From Candidatus Latescibacterota bacterium (GTDB taxonomy: Bacteria > Latescibacterota > UBA2968), in the NCBI GenBank assembly GCA_965222605.1, contig OZ244960.1, forward strand, positions 5,280,001 through 5,344,000: a stretch of DNA of 64,000 nucleotides, given 5' to 3'. Positions 27,225 through 37,392 of this stretch are shown here, piece by piece. The translations under genes and the position numbers were made by a program. Position 1 is the stretch's first letter, and every line of letters begins with the position of its first letter. A model generated the notes under the pieces. The model searched no databases and was not told the DNA's origin. It worked only from the letters and a program-made list of their open reading frames with translations.

Positions 27225-29009
27225 ATGAAATATCTCAAAGGCATACAGGCGTCTCCGGGCATTGCAATTGCACCGGTGTATTTATACGATCCAGAAGAGT
27301 TTCCCGTGGATCAACGCCGGATAGATCCCCGCGATATTCCCGCAGAAAAAGCGAGACTGCAAGAGGCAATCAGAGCAGTGTCTGAGGATTTCGCGGCCAC
27401 GCGGGCGCATGTCGAGGATATACTGGGCAAAGAGCACGCGCAGATATTCGACGCGCATTTGCTCATATTGCAAGACCCCATGCTTCTCGAGCTTACATAT
27501 CCACATATAGAAAAATATAATGCCGAATACGCTTTTTGGACGACCTTCCAGAATTTGCGTCGTCGATTTGAAGCATTTCAAGATGATTATTTGAGAGAAC
27601 GCGGTGCTGATTTATTGGGTATTGCAAAGCGGGTGTTAGCCAAATTGGGGAATTGGGAAAAGGCAGGGTTAGATCGATTGCCCGACAAAGCGATTGTCGT
27701 TGCACGCGATTTAATGCCCGACGATATGGCGCACTTGCAACCCGATCGAGTTTTGGGGCTTGTTACAGAGGTTGGTGGCCCCACGTCCCACGCGATTATT
27801 CTGGCGCGCGGGTTAGAGATTCCCGCTGTTGTCAGCGTTGCTAACGCGCTATCTGATGCGCATATCGGCGATGTGGCGATAGTAGATGGTCATCGCGGGG
27901 ATTTTATTCTCAACCCGGATGGTGAAACACTCGCACAGTATCAGAGGCTGGCCGAAAAACTGAGAAAGCGAAAGGCAGGGTTAGCCTATTCCCGAGATTT
28001 GCCCGCCCAGACTAAGGATGGTGTTCGGGTCGCGTTGCAGGCCAATGTGGAATTGCCCAGCGAGGTGCATTCTGCGATGGATTACGGTGCTGAGGGCGTC
28101 GGGTTGTACCGCACGGAATATCTCTATCTCGCCAGCGATATTTTGCCCGATGAGGCCTCACAGGTTGCCGCCTATTCGCAAATGGCCAAGCGCATTGCGC
28201 CACATCCCCTCGTGATTCGCACCCTGGATCTGGGGGGCGATAAAATGTCGCATGTACTCAATACACAACCAGAAATGAATCCCTTTTTAGGGTTGCGATC
28301 CATCCGGCTGACGCTGAGGCACCGCGACCTTTTTAAAATACAGCTTCGGGCGATCTTAAAAGCGAGTGCTGTTGGCAATGTGAAGTTGATGTTGCCCTTG
28401 ATTTCGGGAATCGACGAATTGCGCGAAGCACTTGCCGTGCTCAATGACGTGCGCGAAGAACTGGCGCGAGAAGGTGTGCCTTTTGACCCTCAGTGTCCTG
28501 TTGGGGTCATGATCGAAGTCCCTTCTGCTGCGCTGATAGCCGATCAATTGGCGCGGGAAGTCGATTTTTTTAGTATTGGCACCAATGATCTGATCCAATA
28601 CACGCTTGCAGTTGATCGCGGCAATGATCTCGTCTCGTATTTATTCGATCCGTTTCACCCCGCGGTCTTGCGATTGATCAAGTGCGTGGTCGATGCAGCG
28701 CATGCACAAAATATACCGGTGACTGTTTGCGGCGAGATGGCGGGAGATCCGCATTCTGGATTGTTGCTGATGGGCATGGGGGTTGACAAGCTGTCGATGA
28801 CGCCTTCGGCATTGCCCGAGGTCAAACGCGCAATTCGCAATACATCTTTTGATCTGCTTCAGGCACTTGGCGAAGATGTACTCAATATGCATGAGATCGC
28901 AGATATTCGGGCGCGTGTAAACGCCATCTTATCCGATGAGGATAACGAGTCGTTCGTTGGTGGGGAAAGTGGTGAGACCGCACTACAAATGAGATTGTCG
29001 TTGTTTTAA
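27225..29009 (+). CDS. ptsI: PTS enzyme I
   Basis: GGPTSHAIILAR, GVGLYRTE, RTLDLGGDK, NPFLGLR, SIGTNDLIQY, CGEMAGD. Confidence 0.96.
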   Translation: MKYLKGIQASPGIAIAPVYLYDPEEFPVDQRRIDPRDIPAEKARLQEAIRAVSEDFAATRAHVEDILGKEHAQIFDAHLLILQDPMLLELTYPHIEKYNAEYAFWTTFQNLRRRFEAFQDDYLRERGADLLGIAKRVLAKLGNWEKAGLDRLPDKAIVVARDLMPDDMAHLQPDRVLGLVTEVGGPTSHAIILARGLEIPAVVSVANALSDAHIGDVAIVDGHRGDFILNPDGETLAQYQRLAEKLRKRKAGLAYSRDLPAQTKDGVRVALQANVELPSEVHSAMDYGAEGVGLYRTEYLYLASDILPDEASQVAAYSQMAKRIAPHPLVIRTLDLGGDKMSHVLNTQPEMNPFLGLRSIRLTLRHRDLFKIQLRAILKASAVGNVKLMLPLISGIDELREALAVLNDVREELAREGVPFDPQCPVGVMIEVPSAALIADQLAREVDFFSIGTNDLIQYTLAVDRGNDLVSYLFDPFHPAVLRLIKCVVDAAHAQNIPVTVCGEMAGDPHSGLLLMGMGVDKLSMTPSALPEVKRAIRNTSFDLLQALGEDVLNMHEIADIRARVNAILSDEDNESFVGGESGETALQMRLSLF

Positions 29010-29030
29010 TTTTTTATAGGAGCAGGCTTT

Positions 29031-30164
29031 ATGGGTCGTTTGTTTACGTCGGAATCGGTTTCTGAAGGGCATCCAGATAAGGTGGCAGATCAAATTTCGG
29101 ATGCCGTGCTCGATGCTATGTTGGCGAAAGATCCCAAATCGAGAGTAGCTTGTGAAACGCTGGTGACAACCGGGCTTGTGGTGGTCGCCGGGGAAGTGAC
29201 GAGCAAGGCAGTTGTAGATTTTCAGTCGCTGGTGCGCGGCGTGATTAAAGATATTGGCTATACGAATTCGAGCTACGGATTTGATTACAAAAGTTGTGAG
29301 ATCATAGTGAAATTAGACCAACAATCGTCCGATATTGCACAGGGGGTGGATACAGGTGGAGCCGGCGATCAGGGGATGATGTTTGGATATGCGTGTCGAG
29401 AAACGGCAGAGCTGATGCCGTTGCCCATTACCCTGTCCCACAAATTGGTGGCAGAACTCGCGCAGATTCGGAAAGACAAAGGGCTTTCGTATTTGCGCCC
29501 CGATAGCAAAGCACAGGTGACGGTGGAATACGATGGGGACGCGCCGGCTCGCGTGCACACGGTGGTGGTTTCGACGCAGCACGATGAAGATGTATCGCAC
29601 GAGCAGATTGTACGAGATGTAAAAGAAAAAGTGATCCGCGAAGTGGTGCCCACACATTTTTTGGATGGGGATACGATTTATCACGTCAACCCAACCGGCA
29701 AATTTGTAGTGGGCGGGCCATACGGCGATTGCGGATTGACCGGGCGAAAAATTATTGTGGATACGTACGGCGGGATGGGGCGTCATGGCGGCGGGGCGTT
29801 TTCCGGCAAAGATCCGAGCAAGGTAGATCGCAGCGGGCATTATGCGGCGCGCTGGGTCGCCAAAAATGTCGTTGCGGCGGGTCTTGCGTCTCGATGCGAG
29901 GTACAACTGGCCTACGCTATCGGGGTGGCAAAACCCGTTTCGGTCGCCGTAGATACGTTTGGCACGGGCCAAATTGAGGAATCAAAAATTGTCGCTCTGA
30001 TTGACGATCATTTTGATCTGACGCCGTCGGGCATTATTGCAGCACTCGAGTTGACCAGCCCCGTGTATCGTTCCACAGCCGCTTATGGTCATTTTGGACG
30101 CGGAGAATTTACATGGGAACAGACGAGTAAGGCCGTTGTATTAAAAAAAGCCGCTGGACTGTAA
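29031..30164 (+). CDS. metK: S-adenosylmethionine synthetase
   Basis: [39 protein letters not shown]. Confidence 0.98.
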   Translation: MGRLFTSESVSEGHPDKVADQISDAVLDAMLAKDPKSRVACETLVTTGLVVVAGEVTSKAVVDFQSLVRGVIKDIGYTNSSYGFDYKSCEIIVKLDQQSSDIAQGVDTGGAGDQGMMFGYACRETAELMPLPITLSHKLVAELAQIRKDKGLSYLRPDSKAQVTVEYDGDAPARVHTVVVSTQHDEDVSHEQIVRDVKEKVIREVVPTHFLDGDTIYHVNPTGKFVVGGPYGDCGLTGRKIIVDTYGGMGRHGGGAFSGKDPSKVDRSGHYAARWVAKNVVAAGLASRCEVQLAYAIGVAKPVSVAVDTFGTGQIEESKIVALIDDHFDLTPSGIIAALELTSPVYRSTAAYGHFGRGEFTWEQTSKAVVLKKAAGL

Positions 30165-30207
30165 TATTTTTTAGTTTTTCCGACCATTATCATCTTGCCA
30201 ATTTTTT

Positions 30208-30236
30208 AGCGCGGAATCCACTTCCGCGCTTTTTTT
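30208..30236 (+). terminator. Intrinsic terminator after metK
   Basis: agcgcggaa-tccac-ttccgcgct followed by a T run. Confidence 0.75.
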
Positions 30237-30255
30237 ATTTCGAGTAAATGCGTTC

Positions 30256-31617
30256 TCATCTTTCGAGATCGTATTGTTTGATTTTTTTGTGCAAGTTGGT
30301 GCGTTCAATGCCCAGGGCATTGGATGCGCGTGTGACATTTCCTCTGTGTCGCTCCAGTGCTTCGGCAATGTAGTGCCGCTCAACGGCCTCGCGCACCTGC
30401 CGAAGTGTTTTTCCCGCGCCGAGATCTGGAAAAGAATCGAGTTGTTTTGGAATGGTCATGCGATCTAAAGTGGGTAAATCTTCAGGATATATGGTATCTT
30501 CTGAAACCATAATTGAGAGGCGTTCAATCAGGTTTTTCAGTTCGCGGATGTTGCCGGGCCAGTCGTATTGCAAGAGCAGGTCCCGCGCTTCTGCCGATAG
30601 TGCTTTGGGTAAAAATCCATTTTCCTGGGCATAAGTATTGAGGAAGTGTTCGGCCAGTTCGGGGATGTCTGCGCGTCGCTCCCGCAAGGGCGGCGCTGTC
30701 AATGGTACCACATTCAGGCGAAAGTAGAGGTCTTCTCGAAATTTGCCCTGCTCGACTTCGGCGTGCAAATTTTTGTTTGTCGCAGCGATGACACGCACAT
30801 CTACCTGAAAGGTTTTGACGCCACCGACCCGTTCAAATTCACCCTGCTCGAGCGCGCGCAAAACCTTGGCCTGTACCGATAGGCTCATGTCGCCAATTTC
30901 ATCGAGAAATAACGTCCCCCCATCGGCTTGAAGGAACTTGCCATCGCGCGTTTTGACCGCGCCGGTAAATGCGCCCCGGTCACTTCCAAACAATTCGCTT
31001 TCAATGAGCTCTTCGGGAATGGCAGCACAGTTTACTTTGATAAAGGGATTGTTCGCTCTACGACTCATTTTGTGAACAGCGCGGGCAATGAGTTCTTTGC
31101 CCGTGCCACTTTCGCCGAGGATGAGAACGCGCCCATTGGTGGGGGCAACGCGCGCTATCTGGTTGCGAATTTCTGTCAGGGCAGGACTTTGTCCCAACAT
31201 TTCGTAGCGTCCTTCAATTTGTTGCTTGAGGTGGCGATTTTCCTCGGTGAGTTCCCGGGTCTGGAGGGCACGAGAAATCGCCAGTAGCACTTTGTCGCGA
31301 TCGAGGGGTTTTTCCAGGAAATCATAAGCTCCCCGTTTGATGGCGAGAACGGCGTTTTGCACATTGCCGTGTCCCGAAATCATGATGACTGCCAGATCGG
31401 GACGCACTTTGAGGAGTTTGGGCAACAGGTCGAGGCCGTTGATTTCTGGCATAAGAATGTCGAGCAAGACCAGGTGAATGTATTCTTTTTTTAGTACGCC
31501 AAGACCCGCTTGTGCCGAGGCGCAGGTAAAGACCTGATAGCCTTCACCCGATAAGATCATGTCTAAGGTTCGGCGGATATTTCTTTCGTCGTCAATAATG
31601 AGAATGTTTTGGCTCAT
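30256..31617 (-). CDS. Sigma54-dependent response regulator (NtrX/NtrC-like)
   Basis: Receiver ILIIDD...LLDILMP; GESGTGKE; ESELFG..GAFTGA; WPGNIREL; C-terminal Fis HTH. Confidence 0.95.
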   Translation of the reverse strand: MSQNILIIDDERNIRRTLDMILSGEGYQVFTCASAQAGLGVLKKEYIHLVLLDILMPEINGLDLLPKLLKVRPDLAVIMISGHGNVQNAVLAIKRGAYDFLEKPLDRDKVLLAISRALQTRELTEENRHLKQQIEGRYEMLGQSPALTEIRNQIARVAPTNGRVLILGESGTGKELIARAVHKMSRRANNPFIKVNCAAIPEELIESELFGSDRGAFTGAVKTRDGKFLQADGGTLFLDEIGDMSLSVQAKVLRALEQGEFERVGGVKTFQVDVRVIAATNKNLHAEVEQGKFREDLYFRLNVVPLTAPPLRERRADIPELAEHFLNTYAQENGFLPKALSAEARDLLLQYDWPGNIRELKNLIERLSIMVSEDTIYPEDLPTLDRMTIPKQLDSFPDLGAGKTLRQVREAVERHYIAEALERHRGNVTRASNALGIERTNLHKKIKQYDLER

Positions 31618-33062
31618 TGCTGTTCCTCCGGTTGTGCTACCGCTTGGTCGGGAATGGGAAGTTGAAGATCGAATTGCGCGCCCCCTGTAGGGGCATCTGT
31701 GACCGAGATATGTCCCCCGTGATCTTCAATGATGCTGTGCACCACGGCAAGGCCCAGGCCCATACCGCTTTCTTTTGTGGAAACATAAGGTTGGAAGATA
31801 CGCCCGCGATCTTTCAGGGGCACGCCCGGCCCGCTGTCAATTACGGAAAGTATAGCCGTGTCGCCAGACGTGCGCGTGCGAATCTCGATCTGGCCGTTTT
31901 TGCCAGAAGCATCAAGACCATTTTCTATCAGATTAATCAGCACCCGACGCATCTGCTCGGCGTCGAGTTCGAGCGTTGGGTGATTTTTTTTTAGGTCGAG
32001 GTGAATGCGGGCATCTGGGTAGAGGCGAACGACATTGTGTACACATTCATTGAGGTCGCTGGGAGAGAGAGAGAGAGAGGGCATGCGAGCAAAATTGGCA
32101 AATTCTTGAACCAGAGATCTGAGATTTTCGACTTCTTCTGTGACGATTTCCGTGCAGTTGGTCACAAATTGTTGATACGCAGGATCATTGCCAGAATATT
32201 TATCGCGTATTTGCTGCACGGCAAGTTGAATGGGCGTTAACGGATTTTTTATTTCGTGAGCCAGGCGCCGCGCAATTTCTCGCCAGGCTGCAATTTGCTC
32301 GGCTTCGAGTCGTTTGCGTCTGTTTTCTACAAGGTCTTGCGCCATCTGGTTAAAGGATTCGATAAGTAAGCCGATCTCGTCATCTCTGCCCCTGGGGATG
32401 CGGTATTGCAGGTTATCGCGTGCCATTTCTCGCGTGCCTTTAAGTAGTGCATTAAGCGGGCGCGTTATCTCAAAGCCAATGCGAACGCCAATCACAGATG
32501 CCAGAAGGACAACGCCTGCTGAGGCGACGAGAAAGGCGAGTAGAAATGCAGTGCGCAGATCGTCTTCCGCCATTTCAATATGTTTGTACGTATGTACGGC
32601 ATTTTCAACATCGATGAGTGTCTCGAGTGAAAGCAGGGCAGTTAGTGCTCGTTGCGAATCGGGAAGTGCGAGTACGAGTTGAAGCTGATCGGTCTCTCCT
32701 TTGGAGATCACGGGACCTTGCGAGAGGTCTGTGTCGATCTGTTCGATAGGCGAAATACGCAGGGTCAGGTCGTTGAGGCCGGCATTTGCAAATGCGGCGT
32801 GTAAGGCATTCTCGTCGCGGTGAGGTGGCGCAGATAAAAGCTGTCCTATATTCTGAAGCTGCCGTTTTTTTGCGTCGTAGTTCTCTTTTGCCAAAGAAAG
32901 TGCACTGGTCAGCGCACTACCCATCTCGACATTGACGTTGGTCTGCAGGCTCAGGCTCAGCGCCAAAAAGTGTCGTGCGAGCAGCGCGAGTATGAGTGTT
33001 GTGCCCAATGCCAGACCAATCAGGGCGGCGATGATGCGCCAGCGCAGGGGAATAGCTCTCAT
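31614..33062 (-). CDS. HAMP-domain sensor histidine kinase (NtrY-like)
   Basis: Two TM segments, HAMP, AWREIARRLAHEIKNPLTPIQL, NLIEN, DSGPG, GMGLGL. Confidence 0.94.
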   Translation of the reverse strand: MRAIPLRWRIIAALIGLALGTTLILALLARHFLALSLSLQTNVNVEMGSALTSALSLAKENYDAKKRQLQNIGQLLSAPPHRDENALHAAFANAGLNDLTLRISPIEQIDTDLSQGPVISKGETDQLQLVLALPDSQRALTALLSLETLIDVENAVHTYKHIEMAEDDLRTAFLLAFLVASAGVVLLASVIGVRIGFEITRPLNALLKGTREMARDNLQYRIPRGRDDEIGLLIESFNQMAQDLVENRRKRLEAEQIAAWREIARRLAHEIKNPLTPIQLAVQQIRDKYSGNDPAYQQFVTNCTEIVTEEVENLRSLVQEFANFARMPSLSLSPSDLNECVHNVVRLYPDARIHLDLKKNHPTLELDAEQMRRVLINLIENGLDASGKNGQIEIRTRTSGDTAILSVIDSGPGVPLKDRGRIFQPYVSTKESGMGLGLAVVHSIIEDHGGHISVTDAPTGGAQFDLQLPIPDQAVAQPEEQQ

Positions 33063-33083
33063 AGTTGTGTCTCCAGGCAGTGT

Positions 33084-33695
33084 TTATTCATTAAGAAGGT
33101 GTGGGAGTGCGCTGGGGCGAAATCTGAACAGGTCAATCCATTCGGGAAATGTAGATCTGTCCAGAGTGAAGAAAAATTCGAGATAGCTGCCTTTTTCGAT
33201 TATCTTGAGCCATTGTCGCGTGCGTTCTCGTTGCTCGGGCGAGATCGGGTTTACGTCTATCCGCACCTGCAAGGTGATAGGCTCATCGGGCAGGGGAAGC
33301 AGAGCCAGTGTGACTCCCTGAAGTTCAGAACACGCGCGTCGAATATCTTCAAAATGAGACGTGATCTGTGTGTCTGGTCGTGCGGTTTGCCGGATGAGGC
33401 GATATTGCCCTTCCCAGATGTCGTGCTCCAAACGCCTGAGCAAGCTGCGCAGTCCCAGATTATCTCCACGGCCTGTCCGCAGACGAAATTGCACGGCGAT
33501 AGATGTTGTCATGCCCGATTCAATGGCATCAATAGCCCGTTTGGAAAAGAGAGAATCGATGGTTGCATCGAGGCGCAGGGTATCGGACTGCACATAAATA
33601 TAAAGACTGTCTTGCGGTATGTGCTGTGCAAGTAAGGATTGCACGCTGGCAAGCAAGCAAACTGTGAGTGTCTGGATGATGAAGAATTGAGTCAT
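33084..33695 (-). CDS. Exported DUF4390-like protein
   Basis: Signal peptide; DAIESGMTTSI...LEHDIWEGQY pattern; position just upstream of an NtrY-like kinase. Confidence 0.6.
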   Translation of the reverse strand: MTQFFIIQTLTVCLLASVQSLLAQHIPQDSLYIYVQSDTLRLDATIDSLFSKRAIDAIESGMTTSIAVQFRLRTGRGDNLGLRSLLRRLEHDIWEGQYRLIRQTARPDTQITSHFEDIRRACSELQGVTLALLPLPDEPITLQVRIDVNPISPEQRERTRQWLKIIEKGSYLEFFFTLDRSTFPEWIDLFRFRPSALPHLLNE

Positions 33696-33702
33696 CTATT
33701 CC

Positions 33703-34971
33703 TCACAGACCAATCTTGACGCCGGCAAAACGATGTGATTTTACGATGAGTGTTCCCGTGCTGATTCCAAAGCTGATATCTACGCGGTTAAAGAGCAGCA
33801 TGCCCACGCCAAAGGCAAAGTCGGCATCTCGCCGGTCGTTGTCTTTTACAGCGCGATGTACACCGCCACTTTCGGCAAAGGCATATACTCGCCCCAGGAT
33901 TTTGAGATCGATGGCATAGAGGGCTTCAGCTACAAAAAACAGGGTGCCGCCTTCTGGCCCAATAACGCGGCGTTCTATGCCCCTGAGTTGATTATCCCCA
34001 TCGAGATAAAAACGTTCGTAAAAAGGCGGATTCCCCCAGATGCCTCCTGTTTTGATGCCGAGCGAAAGGATGTGTCCTGCGATAACTTGCTGGTGCCGAT
34101 AGAGTTCCGTGCGAAGTTTGATATAATTTGCTACAGATCCCAGAAGTTTGGACGATAGTATGAGGCGGGCGTTAAAATCTGTACCTTGCCCCCAGACTGC
34201 GCTCACGGGATGTTTGAACAGGTTAAAAGAAAGTGTGGAGAGGTTTTCCCGCCCTACGGCAGCTTTAATTTCATTGGCGAAGACCCCACCGCTCGTGGGG
34301 ATGGTGGGATGATGAAAATCGCCGATTTGTATGGCTTCAAAAGCGTATGTTAAAACGAAATGGTAGGCACGCAGAGGAGAGGGCTGACCAATGCCCATGG
34401 CAAATCCGATGCGCTCGAGATCGTAGCGCCCCCTGATGTTGGGGTCTGGATCGCGAAAGATGTCGCGGTCTGCAGAAGACCCCGTTACCTGAATGTGAAA
34501 TGCCTGATTGGTTTTGCGAAAGAGCGGATCGCTGTAGTGAAACCCCCAGTATTTGAAGCGTTCTCCCAAACCGTATTCCACGCCGACTAATTTTCCCTCG
34601 CCACGCAGGTTGGCATAATGGGCATTTGCAGCCGCGCCAAAGCCATCGAGTTCGGAATATTCAAAACTCAAACCCAGGTCGCCAAAACGCTTTTCCTGTA
34701 CATAGACTACGAGAATGGCTTTGCCTTTTTCCGCGCCGGGTTTGACATTGACAAATGCGGTTCGAAAAAGCAGCAGGCGCTCGAGGACCACACGGCAGCG
34801 GTCAATATCCCCTTCGCGCAGGTTATCACCTACTTTTATGGGTAAGACCTGACGAATGATTTCCGCACGGGTTTTTTCATTGCCGCGCACCTCAATATTT
34901 TCTATTTCATGTCCAATTTGCCCCAGGGCAGGGGTGGCAAACAGGCAGAGCAGGATGAGATATTTGTACAT
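33703..34971 (-). CDS. Omp85/BamA-TamA family outer-membrane protein with one POTRA domain
   Basis: Signal peptide; IENIEVRGNEKTR (POTRA), NLRGEG, FYERFYLDG.NQLRG. Confidence 0.8.
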   Translation of the reverse strand: MYKYLILLCLFATPALGQIGHEIENIEVRGNEKTRAEIIRQVLPIKVGDNLREGDIDRCRVVLERLLLFRTAFVNVKPGAEKGKAILVVYVQEKRFGDLGLSFEYSELDGFGAAANAHYANLRGEGKLVGVEYGLGERFKYWGFHYSDPLFRKTNQAFHIQVTGSSADRDIFRDPDPNIRGRYDLERIGFAMGIGQPSPLRAYHFVLTYAFEAIQIGDFHHPTIPTSGGVFANEIKAAVGRENLSTLSFNLFKHPVSAVWGQGTDFNARLILSSKLLGSVANYIKLRTELYRHQQVIAGHILSLGIKTGGIWGNPPFYERFYLDGDNQLRGIERRVIGPEGGTLFFVAEALYAIDLKILGRVYAFAESGGVHRAVKDNDRRDADFAFGVGMLLFNRVDISFGISTGTLIVKSHRFAGVKIGL

Positions 34972-35183
34972 GATGGCAGCACTCTTGTGGTTTTTGGATA
35001 CAATTATGCAAAAACTGTGCCCAATTATCGTGGATCTTTGCGGATAAAAATAAGATTTGAAAAAATAAAGAGTTGTGCGTATATCTAATACTAAAAATTA
35101 AGTATGCGTTCTGTGAAACAATACGACATGTGTATATTTTTTGCAACAGGATTGCAGAATATCATTACTGGAGGACGTAAATA

Positions 35184-36029
35184 ATGTCTGTTTCCCATAT
35201 CCTCGAAAAACTCAAACGCGATGGGTTTTACGTGGTTGAAAACGTGATTCCCGAAGATGAGGTGGATGCCGTGCGGCAAGCAGTGGTGGCAGCGCAAGCG
35301 CGAAAACACGCAGAGTCAGAGGTGGCAATAGCCGCAACCCGGGCGAAGGGACATCGCGTTGGTGCAGAAGGCGTAGCGAGTTTGCGGCAGGTTATTAATG
35401 AAACGCAGATTTTCACACCTTATCTGGCAAGTCGCAAGGTGATGGATGTGGTGGATGCGCTGTTTGGGCCTTATGCGCGCGTTTCTTGCACGGATTGTGT
35501 GATTAATTATCCGGGCAATGAAAGGGGGTACTGGCACGCGGATTGGCCGTATAATGCGACCAATGGGTCGCATATTCCCTCGCCGTATCCCGATGCGTTA
35601 TTACATTTGTCGTCAATCTGGATGTTGACGCCGTTTAATAAAAAAAACGGCGGGACATTTCTCGTGCCGGGCAGCCATCGATGGCTCGATAACCCGGCCG
35701 CAGGTGGGATGGAAGATGTGGATCAAGATGCGCCGTATCCCACCGAGATGCAGGTGAAGGGCGCAGCGGGCAGTGTGCTGTTTTACGATAGTCGATTGTG
35801 GCATGCGGTGGCATCAAATCAGAGTGATCAACCGCGTGTGGCATTGATTGTGCGCTATGCCCCGTGGTGGTTAAATTTGAATCCGTCGCATATTGGCAAA
35901 CCCGAGCACGAGATGATGGTGGTGGAGACAGGTGGCAAGAATTACGAATCTATGCCATTGCAAAAGGAGGTTTACGACGGGTTGCCGGAAGATGTGAAGC
36001 CTTTGTACCTCCACTGGGTCGAACAATAG
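35184..36029 (+). CDS. PhyH-family dioxygenase
   Basis: RDGFYVVENVI, WHADW, NGGTFLVPGSHR, GSVLFYDSRLWHA, PRVAL. Confidence 0.92.
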   Translation: MSVSHILEKLKRDGFYVVENVIPEDEVDAVRQAVVAAQARKHAESEVAIAATRAKGHRVGAEGVASLRQVINETQIFTPYLASRKVMDVVDALFGPYARVSCTDCVINYPGNERGYWHADWPYNATNGSHIPSPYPDALLHLSSIWMLTPFNKKNGGTFLVPGSHRWLDNPAAGGMEDVDQDAPYPTEMQVKGAAGSVLFYDSRLWHAVASNQSDQPRVALIVRYAPWWLNLNPSHIGKPEHEMMVVETGGKNYESMPLQKEVYDGLPEDVKPLYLHWVEQ

Positions 36030-36066
36030 TCCGAGGTTTGCAATAAATTATAAAGGGAGGCATACC

Positions 36067-37389
36067 ATGTCAGATTTACAGCTTGACTCTATTGAACCCT
36101 GGGCGCCGCATTCGACCGCCGCGCCGTTGACAGAACGCAGTGGGGATACGCTGGCAATTGCCGCAAATGGCACGCGCACCTGCATTGGCGGATGGCAGAT
36201 CGCGTATTCGGGTGTTGAGGCTGGCAAAATGTATGAGATCGTTGTCCAGACGCAGTTTCAAGATGTGGAGTTGGTGCGCGATGTATTGCGCTGTGAGGCG
36301 TATTGGGGCCACCTGGATCGGGACAGCGTGCAGCGCGGTAAAGTTCTGTCCTGGGATTATCTTCTTCCCGAATGGAATGGCGACACCGTGCAATTTTCAC
36401 GGCGTCTCACTGCCCCGGAAGATGCCGAACACCTGACCGTGCGCTATACGTTTCGCTGGTCGATTAAGGGAGCATCCGAATGGCAATTGCCCCATGTGAT
36501 CGCGACAGATGTGGCAGAATTATCCAAACCCGTGAAAATTTGTGTCGCGACGGGACGGCGAGAAGATCGCGATCGGCGGTTTGAGTCGATTCGGGACAAT
36601 GTCGATCTTTATTTGCCTTTGTGTCGAGAGATATGTGAAAAAGAAAAACCCGATTTGATTGTGTTGCCCGAGATCGCATTGCAATACGGGATTAAAGGGA
36701 GTCCACTGGAACTGGCAGTACCCGTGCCGGGACCCGAGGCGGAGCCGTTTGCGGATATTGCGCGCGATTATGGCGTATATGTGCTATTGGGGGTGATTGA
36801 ACGGGATGGCGATGCCGTTCACAATACAGCCGTGTTGTTCGCGCCCGACGGCGGCGTGGATGGCAGATATCGCAAGGTGCATCTGGCCGTGGGGGGAGAG
36901 ATGGATTCGGGTATTTTGCCGGGTGATGATTTTCCTGTATTTGATACGGAGATCGGACGGATTGGGTGCAATATTTGTATGGATTCTTCGGCGGCTGAGT
37001 CGTCGCGGATGATTGGGTTAAATGGCGCGGACTTTTTGTTGTTGCCAATTATGGGCGATCACCGCGCCTGGCATCCGGAAGATCATACGTGGGATCCCGA
37101 GCGATTTCGCGGGATTATGCAGACGCGGGCGCTGGACAATCAGTTGTGTATGGTGGTGGCGGTAAATCGCGCGGAGGGTAGTTGTATTATTGATCGCACG
37201 GGGCATGTACTGGCCTGGAATGATGGGAGTGAACCGTTTGTGACCGCGGAGGTGAATCTCGTGGATGGATTCCATCCAAAAAGTCGCGGGTGCTTTCGCG
37301 GGATTAACTGGATGCAGCGACGCCCACATACCTATCGTGCTTTTGTCGATGAAGAAAACGAGGGGGGACTGAGGCTTGCGGCGTATTGA
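36067..37389 (+). CDS. Carbon-nitrogen hydrolase (nitrilase superfamily) with N-terminal extra domain
   Basis: Triad LIVLPE / YRKVHL / NICMD; ~150-aa N-terminal extension. Confidence 0.88.
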   Translation: MSDLQLDSIEPWAPHSTAAPLTERSGDTLAIAANGTRTCIGGWQIAYSGVEAGKMYEIVVQTQFQDVELVRDVLRCEAYWGHLDRDSVQRGKVLSWDYLLPEWNGDTVQFSRRLTAPEDAEHLTVRYTFRWSIKGASEWQLPHVIATDVAELSKPVKICVATGRREDRDRRFESIRDNVDLYLPLCREICEKEKPDLIVLPEIALQYGIKGSPLELAVPVPGPEAEPFADIARDYGVYVLLGVIERDGDAVHNTAVLFAPDGGVDGRYRKVHLAVGGEMDSGILPGDDFPVFDTEIGRIGCNICMDSSAAESSRMIGLNGADFLLLPIMGDHRAWHPEDHTWDPERFRGIMQTRALDNQLCMVVAVNRAEGSCIIDRTGHVLAWNDGSEPFVTAEVNLVDGFHPKSRGCFRGINWMQRRPHTYRAFVDEENEGGLRLAAY

Positions 37390-37392
37390 GAA

